A DNA stretch of 57,165 nt from a virus. Every line of letters begins with the position of its first letter. The stretch's first letter is position 1. Under the pieces are notes generated by a model. That model was not told where the DNA came from and searched no databases. It worked only from the letters and a program-made list of their open reading frames with translations. Positions 18,180 through 24,854 of the stretch are shown here, in pieces. Position numbers and translations under genes: made by a program. The DNA lies in IMG/VR virus record IMGVR_UViG_3300049023_000036, positions 1 through 57,165 of that record. One strand, 5' to 3'.

Positions 18180-18222
18180 TTTATAAATTATGAATGCAAC
18201 CCTGTAAATAATGAATGCAACC
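18180..18222 (-). promoter_or_regulatory. Sigma70-like promoter TTTACA-17-TATAAA with two 12-bp direct repeats GGTTGCATTCAT
   Basis: -10 at 18180-18185 and -35 at 18203-18208. Repeats at 18190-18201 (in the spacer) and 18211-18222, 21 bp apart. The -10 ends 10 nt before the XRE ATG, so the mRNA would be nearly leaderless. Confidence 0.5.
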
Positions 18223-18306
18223 AATGATATTATTATCAGGTGATCATTGATGTAAACATAAATAATTGGATCGTTTTCGCTGCCTAATGAAAAACTTACC
18301 ATGATT

Positions 18307-18498
18307 TTAAATTTCAACTTTTATTTCGATGTCATACATGACCACTTCTCCAAAAAACCCTTTTAAATTTCTTTTTGATATTTCAATTTCAAGCTGAAGA
18401 GTTGGATCATTGTTTTTTCTGAATTCCTGAATCGCATCAGTTATTTTTTCTTTTAAGATTTTTTTATCTTCCTGAATCTGCTCGATTGTTTTACTCAT
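18307..18498 (-). CDS. Hypothetical protein
   Basis: 63-aa charged ORF, tightly packed on the coding strand. Confidence 0.45.
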   Translation of the reverse strand: MSKTIEQIQEDKKILKEKITDAIQEFRKNNDPTLQLEIEISKRNLKGFFGEVVMYDIEIKVEI

Positions 18499-18508
18499 GG
18501 TTTAATTT

Positions 18509-18727
18509 TTATTTTGGGAATCCCGTTCTGTCTGAATAAAATTTACTATTTGGATTCCTTGATAGTTGTTTGCCTAACTCAAATAACTGAATCGGGTTTT
18601 CATAATAAAGATGATATTTGCCTGAAACTATTTTTACATACAAGTTGATTTTTTCGGCGCAATACATAAACCAAGGATGTTGTTCCAAATCAATATCAAG
18701 TTCAATATAATCTTGGCATTCGTTCAT
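18509..18727 (-). CDS. Hypothetical protein
   Basis: 72-aa ORF with a 4-nt overlap with the LpxA-like gene. Confidence 0.45.
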   Translation of the reverse strand: MNECQDYIELDIDLEQHPWFMYCAEKINLYVKIVSGKYHLYYENPIQLFELGKQLSRNPNSKFYSDRTGFPK

Positions 18728-19350
18728 AAAGAATAACCGCGATTTAAACGTTCTGCTTCATGAAATAACTGATCTTCATAAGCGCGCCGGAATCTTTTAT
18801 TCGCATCACAATCAGTTAATGCAATAAAGTTTGAAGGATACATTTTCGCCGCTTCTTTTTTTATTGCAACAAGATTTGGCTTGATGTACTTCGCCGGGTT
18901 TCCTGCATACATTGAAAACGGGAACAGCTTCATTGATTTGGTGACAACTGCATTCATCCCGATCATGCAACCTTCAGGAACATTTACGTTTTGATGAATC
19001 GTTGCATTCAACCCGATAATCGTTCCCGCGCCGATAAAACAATGGCCACCAACTTTAACGCCGCAACTCAAAACAACATCATCACCAAGAACCGCATCAT
19101 GGCCAACATGCGAATGCGCCAATAAAACACATCCCTGATTGATGAAGGTTGTTCCGGTTGTTCCTGCATCAACTGTTACCAAATTACTGATGCGAACGTT
19201 TTTACCAATCACGACTGATCCATATTCGCGATTCCAAAAATCACGATGTTCAGGCGGGCCACCGATAACGGAAAACGGGCCAATGTATGTATCCGTTTTA
19301 TCCTCGATGATAACATTTTCATGAACGATTGCGGCGGGATGAATTTTCAT
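18724..19350 (-). CDS. LpxA-like hexapeptide-repeat acyltransferase (left-handed beta-helix), C-terminally truncated
   Basis: IHPAAIV, IGPFSVIGGPPEH, VVIGKNVRISNLVTVDAGT and LLAHSHVGHDAVLGDDVVL align with LpxA motifs, including the catalytic His region AH-x-x-HD. At 208 aa it lacks most of the LpxA helical C-domain. Confidence 0.75.
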   Translation of the reverse strand: MKIHPAAIVHENVIIEDKTDTYIGPFSVIGGPPEHRDFWNREYGSVVIGKNVRISNLVTVDAGTTGTTFINQGCVLLAHSHVGHDAVLGDDVVLSCGVKVGGHCFIGAGTIIGLNATIHQNVNVPEGCMIGMNAVVTKSMKLFPFSMYAGNPAKYIKPNLVAIKKEAAKMYPSNFIALTDCDANKRFRRAYEDQLFHEAERLNRGYSL

Positions 19351-19586
19351 TGTTGATATTTTACTATTAGAGAATATAAATCATAATAGGTTGTTGAAGT
19401 TATTTCATTTGCGATGAACAATTTATTCAATAATGATTTTGCACCAAAGAATACTTCATTAACCATTTTTGTTGCAACCGGATTTGTTGGCATTTGTTTA
19501 CGCGTGTTCTTTTGGCTTTCAATTGCCGCGCTGATTGAAAGTTTTATGAAAAGAACTTCCTCGCTATTCAACTCAATCTTTTGCAT
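19347..19586 (-). CDS. Hypothetical protein
   Basis: 79-aa ORF with coupled overlaps on both sides. Confidence 0.45.
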   Translation of the reverse strand: MQKIELNSEEVLFIKLSISAAIESQKNTRKQMPTNPVATKMVNEVFFGAKSLLNKLFIANEITSTTYYDLYSLIVKYQQ

Positions 19587-19836
19587 TTAATTTTTGTTTA
19601 TCGGTTTTGTATCTTTTTACAAGATGAATAACTTCATCAATATCGGTATTCAATAACACAACTTTATGCAAGTGCCTGAAGTAATAAAAAATCTTCTGAT
19701 GATAACCTGAAATCTTTTCCAAATCAGAAACCCGGATTATTAAATTCCTTATTGACCGATTTGCCAGCTTGCAATTATGTTCCTGAACAAAGTAATCATA
19801 AATATCTTTGTATTCAGGATTGATTGATAGTTGCAT
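19573..19836 (-). CDS. Hypothetical protein
   Basis: 87-aa ORF on the coding strand, tightly packed. Confidence 0.45.
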   Translation of the reverse strand: MQLSINPEYKDIYDYFVQEHNCKLANRSIRNLIIRVSDLEKISGYHQKIFYYFRHLHKVVLLNTDIDEVIHLVKRYKTDKQKLNAKD

Positions 19837-20182
19837 AATGTTTTTTTGCTAATTGTCTTAATACTTTATAAACGAATGAATGATTTGTTCCGGTGATCCT
19901 GATCAGTTCCTTTCGCATCATATGCCGATTGTTTAAGATGAATTGAATATCTGATTCCCTTTTCATTCTTTTATGTTTCTGAAATCTGCGAACAATACAA
20001 ATTTTATCACATCTCAAGATTGTTGCAATTGCTTCAGGTGAACAGGTGAACAAATTATCATTGATGAAATCCTTTTCATCTTTGGTGAACTTTCTCATGG
20101 CTTCAGTACGTGAAATAAAATGTTGAACATGCAAACCGACATAATAACAACCAACCCAAAACAAATGGCGATCAATAACCAT
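19814..20182 (-). CDS. Hypothetical protein, possibly DNA-binding
   Basis: 122 aa, with an alternative ATG at 20098. The basic C-terminal part ELIRITGTNHSFVYKVLRQL looks HTH-like. Weak call. Confidence 0.35.
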   Translation of the reverse strand: MVIDRHLFWVGCYYVGLHVQHFISRTEAMRKFTKDEKDFINDNLFTCSPEAIATILRCDKICIVRRFQKHKRMKRESDIQFILNNRHMMRKELIRITGTNHSFVYKVLRQLAKKHYATINQS

Positions 20183-20219
20183 CCTTCAGAATCATTTAAT
20201 ATTTTATCGATTAGTTTTT

Positions 20220-20759
20220 TCATAAAATCATTTTAATATCATCAATTAAATTATAAATGCCCGGCGATGCCATAAGTACCATAAACAATATTGTCAACAG
20301 CGCATCTTTCGATTCTGATTTTTGTGGCTTGTACTTCATGCAAGGGCAAGTTGATACAACACAAATATCTGATTCAAGTTTGGGCGGAATTGTAGTTATT
20401 GTAACCGTCCGATGATCTTCTTTCTTGTGCCCGCATTCACAAACATCAGGTTCATCAGGAACCGGATTCAGAATATCTTCAACCGTTTTTATTTCGGCGC
20501 GAACAGATTCCAATTGTTTTGACAATGATTTTTCCATCATCTTCAGCGCATCAAGATGAACGTTCATCGGGTTAACGTAGGTGTATGAATCAGGCGCGAA
20601 TCCTCGCGCATATTCCCGCGCTTCAGCTTCATGGGTGAATTCCATTCCACCCATGATAATAAATTGCGTTGGATCGGCTGCATTGAATTCAAGGAACGCC
20701 CACATCCCGGTTTGTTTGTTCTGCTTAACTTGCCGAACTCTAAATTGATTATCTGACAT
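20220..20759 (-). CDS. Tail-anchored membrane protein with a Cys/His cluster
   Basis: 179 aa. CECGHKKEDH...CVVSTCPC suggests metal binding. C-terminal TM segment LLTILFMVLMASPGIY. Confidence 0.45.
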   Translation of the reverse strand: MSDNQFRVRQVKQNKQTGMWAFLEFNAADPTQFIIMGGMEFTHEAEAREYARGFAPDSYTYVNPMNVHLDALKMMEKSLSKQLESVRAEIKTVEDILNPVPDEPDVCECGHKKEDHRTVTITTIPPKLESDICVVSTCPCMKYKPQKSESKDALLTILFMVLMASPGIYNLIDDIKMIL

Positions 20760-21138
20760 CTGATTGTTTTTTTAAATTATAATACTTTTTTAATAATCTG
20801 TTATATTGATCGTTCGTTATAATTCCAAATTTGTTAGGTGACTCGCTTTCAAGTAGATTTACTTTAACATCAAGTAACATCATTGCAAGGTTTGCAATAT
20901 CTGCGCAATTTTCCTTAATACGATCAACATCATCATTCATTAATGCCGACTGAAGTTTCCCGACATGATAATATAATTCACTAATCCAGTATTTATTTTC
21001 CTTTACTTCAAGCCAACCGTTTGAACCTGTTCTATCACCTTTTTGATAATTTTCTTCTAATTCCTGATACATGTATTGCATAAATACGGGCAATATCTTT
21101 TGATACATTTCATGATCAGGTGATTGATTGTTTTCCAT
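20749..21138 (-). CDS. MazG-like all-alpha nucleotide pyrophosphohydrolase (tentative)
   Basis: 129 aa. ISELYYHVGKLQSAL...IKENCADIANLAMMLLD resembles the paired acidic helices of phage MazG-type NTP-PPases. Confidence 0.5.
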   Translation of the reverse strand: MENNQSPDHEMYQKILPVFMQYMYQELEENYQKGDRTGSNGWLEVKENKYWISELYYHVGKLQSALMNDDVDRIKENCADIANLAMMLLDVKVNLLESESPNKFGIITNDQYNRLLKKYYNLKKQSDVR

Positions 21139-21148
21139 GATTTATATT

Positions 21149-21499
21149 TTATTGAAACGATACATTCCCGGATGAATCAACATCCATATACGGCCCGGAT
21201 TCTTCATTTCGTAATTTCCTGAATTCAAATCGATCTGCATATTGCGGATAATGTTCAATAAAAAACCGCGCGTAATATGATTGGTACGCATCATTGATTT
21301 TAAAGTTCTGATCTGATGATCGAAGAAATTCATTCCAACGAATCCAATTGATAATCAATTTTGCGCTGATCTTTTTTCGGCCCTTGTATATCGCTCCCAA
21401 TGCCTGTGTTTCAAACTGCCTGTATATGTGCGGATTTTCTTCATGGAACTTATTGAAACCATCCCTGATTGATCGCCCGTTTAATTGTTTGTAATTCAT
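21149..21499 (-). CDS. Conserved-looking hypothetical phage protein
   Basis: 116 aa (FNKFHEENPHIYRQF...LIINWIRWNEF...FKINDAYQSYYARF). No function known to me. Confidence 0.5.
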   Translation of the reverse strand: MNYKQLNGRSIRDGFNKFHEENPHIYRQFETQALGAIYKGRKKISAKLIINWIRWNEFLRSSDQNFKINDAYQSYYARFFIEHYPQYADRFEFRKLRNEESGPYMDVDSSGNVSFQ

Positions 21500-21717
21500 G
21501 ATGATGGATTGAATGCTTTAATAGTTGAAATTGCTTTTACGCATTTGAAATTGTATTTCGATTTCCAATGCGACCATTTTGCGCCGGAATCCTTTTCAAA
21601 TGATCTTATACAATCTTTTCTTTTATTCGCGAATGAATGATGAACAATAAATGTTCCGCCTGTTCTTGGATGGCCTGTATTGATTATAACCCATCCCATT
21701 TGTGATTCGCTTATCAT
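21496..21717 (-). CDS. Hypothetical protein
   Basis: 73-aa ORF with a 4-nt overlap with the downstream gene. Confidence 0.45.
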   Translation of the reverse strand: MISESQMGWVIINTGHPRTGGTFIVHHSFANKRKDCIRSFEKDSGAKWSHWKSKYNFKCVKAISTIKAFNPSS

Positions 21718-21809
21718 TACCGGAACATTTTCATGATGAAATAAATAATGACCGCCGCAATATCAACGGCGATCATTGTTTTCAATGCTCTAATCAGAAT
21801 CACTTTCAT
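21717..21809 (-). CDS. Micro-ORF: 30-aa single-pass membrane peptide
   Basis: Hand-translated MKVILIRALKTMIAVDIAAVIIYFIMKMFR. Its ATG overlaps the TGA of the upstream gene (ATGA) and its TAA overlaps the next ATG (TAATG). Confidence 0.35.
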   Translation of the reverse strand: MKVILIRALKTMIAVDIAAVIIYFIMKMFR

Positions 21810-23137
21810 GATATATAGTTTCGTAGGGTTTCCAATACACCCGCCGCAACTTCTTTATTCACTTTCAAATATTTATCGTAATCATCAACCAACATCTGAA
21901 GAACTTCAGGATCGATTTCAATAAAATCAGATTCGCCAACATATTTGATATGCCGATCAGTTATTTCCCTCCAAGTATTTTTATCATCAGGATCAGGCGC
22001 GATCTGCATCCCGGAAACAGGATCGGTTTCCAAATCTGCAATCTTGCCGCCGAAAATCCTGCTTGCCCACCTTATAACTCCGGGAACCTTTTTTGATGTT
22101 ACAATCATGTTTTTTTGTTCATCAATTTCAAATTCGATTTTATCATTCTGCTGATTGAAGTAAAAATATTTTCCCGGCTTCAATTCGCTGACATTTATGC
22201 CCGCGCTTTCTTCAGGAAACAATTGAACGGGTTCTTCAATATCATGCGCGCCAATTCTTTCACCGGGATTTATTACGGATACATTGTCTGATCCCGCAAC
22301 AATTTCACGTTCTGAATTGACAATTCTATTATTATGAAACTCTGCTTTTGGTTGCATATGCCGTTCAAATGACTTGAATTCTTGATCAGAATATTCCCAA
22401 TACTTCAGATTGATTTTTTGTTCTTCATTTAGGAATCCATCAGAATAATTGAACACATTGTTGGTGTTATTATATACGGCCCTTACAGGTTTCCCCGGTT
22501 CCGGCCATTGACCGAATTCGGCAAATCCGAATGATGGTTTTGCTTCCTTGTAAAACTCAATGAAAACCTTTCGATCATGACCATTCATTTCAATACATTC
22601 AACAATATCCGTTTTGATTAATCCATCCATTATTGAATAAACATCACCTGAATTTGTTTTGTAAACGAATGACCAAGGCCACATATTTTTTCCTTTATCC
22701 CTTGCCGAATAAACTCTATAAGGTTCGCATTTTTCCGGTGAAAACCATTCGCCTTGATTTGATTGTTTTTCTTCAGGATCAATTTCAAGTTTCCAAAATT
22801 CAATAATCCCTTTTATATCATAGTGCCGATGGTTATAATTCAAATCGGCTGTTGCACGATCTCCAATGTATCTAAAAAAACAACGCCCGCCGAATGATGA
22901 ACGTGTTTTTTTGAATGTTTCGATTTCTTCCGCGTCCATGTATTTCCAAGTACATTCATTTAAGGTTTTTGAATCCTTCGATGCGAATATATTTCCGGTG
23001 AACGCGTTGCACAAATCACCCGACATATTCAAATACGAATTAACAACGCCGGAATGCGTTGGCGCATTAACATGTATCAATGTAAAAGGCGTTGGATTAA
23101 AATCCTTGATGAATTTGAATTTTGATTGTTTTTCCAT
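21806..23137 (-). CDS. Hypothetical protein (443 aa orphan)
   Basis: Long uninterrupted ORF on the coding strand. I recognise no motif. Confidence 0.55.
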   Translation of the reverse strand: MEKQSKFKFIKDFNPTPFTLIHVNAPTHSGVVNSYLNMSGDLCNAFTGNIFASKDSKTLNECTWKYMDAEEIETFKKTRSSFGGRCFFRYIGDRATADLNYNHRHYDIKGIIEFWKLEIDPEEKQSNQGEWFSPEKCEPYRVYSARDKGKNMWPWSFVYKTNSGDVYSIMDGLIKTDIVECIEMNGHDRKVFIEFYKEAKPSFGFAEFGQWPEPGKPVRAVYNNTNNVFNYSDGFLNEEQKINLKYWEYSDQEFKSFERHMQPKAEFHNNRIVNSEREIVAGSDNVSVINPGERIGAHDIEEPVQLFPEESAGINVSELKPGKYFYFNQQNDKIEFEIDEQKNMIVTSKKVPGVIRWASRIFGGKIADLETDPVSGMQIAPDPDDKNTWREITDRHIKYVGESDFIEIDPEVLQMLVDDYDKYLKVNKEVAAGVLETLRNYIS

Positions 23138-23139
23138 GA

Positions 23140-23235
23140 TTAAATATTTGAGTATGTATAAATATAAACGATTATGTAAACGATAACCGTTCCGATCAAC
23201 AGCGCATCAATTTTGGTTTGGGGTTTTGTTTTCAT
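23140..23235 (-). CDS. Micro-ORF: 31-aa single-pass membrane peptide
   Basis: Hand-translated MKTKPQTKIDALLIGTVIVYIIVYIYTYSNI. It fills the gap between two genes. Confidence 0.3.
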   Translation of the reverse strand: MKTKPQTKIDALLIGTVIVYIIVYIYTYSNI

Positions 23236-23247
23236 TTATGGGTTTGA

Positions 23248-23652
23248 TTAAAAAGTTCCAATAACATCGTTTCGCATCATTGCGGCATTGTATAGAATGA
23301 TGCAGTAAAATATAAACAACGCGATTGCAGCAATGAACACAATGATTCCTGTTTTGCTTTCAGTTGGATCAATGTTCTTGCACCACCAACGGCGAATGAT
23401 AAACTTCCATGCGGGAACTTCAAATTTGAAAGTACAGTTTTCAACCTCACAACCAACGCCCGCATTAAAAACAGGAAAAGTGTTTTTTGGAAGTACAATA
23501 CCGGATGATGGCAAATGATAAATCCGGGTTTTTATTCCTGTCCTTTTTCTTACAATTAGAATACTATTTTTCATTATTGAAAAATCAGATAATTCAATTG
23601 GTTGATCATTTTTAGGATCGATGAAAAATTTTTGATTCTCGATTGTTTTCAT
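23248..23652 (-). CDS. Tail-anchored membrane protein
   Basis: 134 aa with C-terminal TM segment GIIVFIAAIALFIFYCIILY. Confidence 0.5.
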   Translation of the reverse strand: MKTIENQKFFIDPKNDQPIELSDFSIMKNSILIVRKRTGIKTRIYHLPSSGIVLPKNTFPVFNAGVGCEVENCTFKFEVPAWKFIIRRWWCKNIDPTESKTGIIVFIAAIALFIFYCIILYNAAMMRNDVIGTF

Positions 23653-23915
23653 GACTTTATTTTTTTTAAATGAATGGCGGTTAAATATTCAGGCGTCCAC
23701 TTCACATTGAAATCATATTCATGATGGCATGATCTGCACAACGCCATAAGATTTTCAATTTTATCCTGTTCATGCTTCCGTTTCTTTCCAAACTTGCTTT
23801 GTGCAATTATATGCGCAATATCAACAGCAGGACTTTCGCAAATTTCGCAAGGGATATATTCGCCCGGTGCAAAACCAAAATATTCTAAATAAACTTTTGT
23901 ATGATTCTGCATCAA
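23649..23915 (-). CDS. HNH endonuclease
   Basis: 88 aa. CEIC...DIAHI...NLMALCRSCHHEYD is an HNH / zinc-ribbon core. Confidence 0.75.
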   Translation of the reverse strand: MMQNHTKVYLEYFGFAPGEYIPCEICESPAVDIAHIIAQSKFGKKRKHEQDKIENLMALCRSCHHEYDFNVKWTPEYLTAIHLKKIKS

Positions 23916-24184
23916 CGGTGATTGTTGGTAATTCTTAATTGCTCAACAGCGCGAACAAAGTTTTCCCTTTCCCTTTGAAGTTCATCATGCTGAATTTGCC
24001 TGTTCTTTTCTGATAACTGATCGGAAAATATATTCAATATCTTTCCTGAAGTCAACCCAATACCAAAATGTAAAAATGTCTTATCAAATGATTCAGGAAA
24101 ATCTTCGATTTCGGTGATATATGAAACATGACCATAATAAATATGATATGACCCAATCCACACAAATAAAGTAGTATTTAACAT
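23912..24184 (-). CDS. Hypothetical protein
   Basis: 90-aa ORF with a 4-nt overlap with the HNH gene. Confidence 0.45.
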   Translation of the reverse strand: MLNTTLFVWIGSYHIYYGHVSYITEIEDFPESFDKTFLHFGIGLTSGKILNIFSDQLSEKNRQIQHDELQRERENFVRAVEQLRITNNHR

Positions 24185-24195
24185 GATGTTTGTTT

Positions 24196-24438
24196 TTAGT
24201 CTAATGTGATTTTTTCAAATTCCTTTTCCGACATCTTATCGCCACCGGAAATTAACATCAAACATTTTGCAACCGTTGCAATTGATCCTGTTTGATCGTT
24301 CATTATACAAAACCCGTAATTGGATTGGTAATGTAATGAGACAGGAAACAAAAACATTTCCTTCAGTTCCTTTTCAATCGATTCTGTTTTTCTTTTAAAC
24401 TCTAATTCGATGATCTTTAAATCGTAAATGATATTCAT
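24196..24438 (-). CDS. Hypothetical protein (paralogue-like to 24464..24712)
   Basis: 80 aa. Shares the pattern YQ-x3-G-x2-I ... C ... KE-F/L with its neighbour. Confidence 0.45.
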   Translation of the reverse strand: MNIIYDLKIIELEFKRKTESIEKELKEMFLFPVSLHYQSNYGFCIMNDQTGSIATVAKCLMLISGGDKMSEKEFEKITLD

Positions 24439-24463
24439 GATGATTGTTTTTGATGATGATGTT

Positions 24464-24712
24464 TTATATCTCGTATTTTCTCAAATCCTCTTTTTTAAAT
24501 GACCCGTACTTTTTGATATGATCAATACATTCACTCAAAAGGCAAACCCGCGCATCATCTTCTTCAACTATTGTTAAACCGTCCGATGGTTGATATTGAA
24601 TAAAAAACTTGAACTTGATTTTTGACTTTATTTTTCTTTCAAATGATGATTCTATTTTCAAGTATTCATTATGCGCATCGCTAAATTTTTTAAACTCATT
24701 TGATATATCCAT
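24464..24712 (-). CDS. Hypothetical protein (paralogue-like to 24196..24438)
   Basis: 82 aa, first gene downstream of terL. Confidence 0.45.
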   Translation of the reverse strand: MDISNEFKKFSDAHNEYLKIESSFERKIKSKIKFKFFIQYQPSDGLTIVEEDDARVCLLSECIDHIKKYGSFKKEDLRKYEI

Positions 24713-24854
24713 GATGATGATGTTTTAAAAAGGCCCGCATCCTAAAAAGGAACGGGCGGTTAATTTCTGCTTATGAAACAAAGTTAATTAACACGCTTGC
24801 TGTTGCATGTCGGCAACAATTTAGACAAATTTTTTAATTCGTGAAACTTTTCTT

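Noticed and set aside
18135-18317. 60-aa minus-strand ORF between the XRE gene and the upstream gene
   Set aside because: It spans the promoter-like element and the two 12-bp DNA repeats. Its odd peptide repeat VAFIIYRVAFIIYK is just their translation. It also overlaps the genes on both sides. I treat 18170-18306 as regulatory intergenic DNA.
19002-19010. Additional exact or near copies of TTGCATTCA inside coding regions (19002-19010, 54550-54558, 55387-55400) as operators
   Set aside because: They coincide with Ala-Phe-Asn-Ala-type codon strings in long ORFs and are not near starts. I keep them only as a caveat on the significance of the motif.
24733-24818. Two hairpins downstream of terL (GCCCG...CGGGC with CTTTTT; TGTTGC-atgtcg-GCAACA) as a firm terminator
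   Set aside because: The first has a short stem and a loop of about 15 nt. The second has no U-tract. It is plausible as an island boundary element but too weak to call as a terminator.
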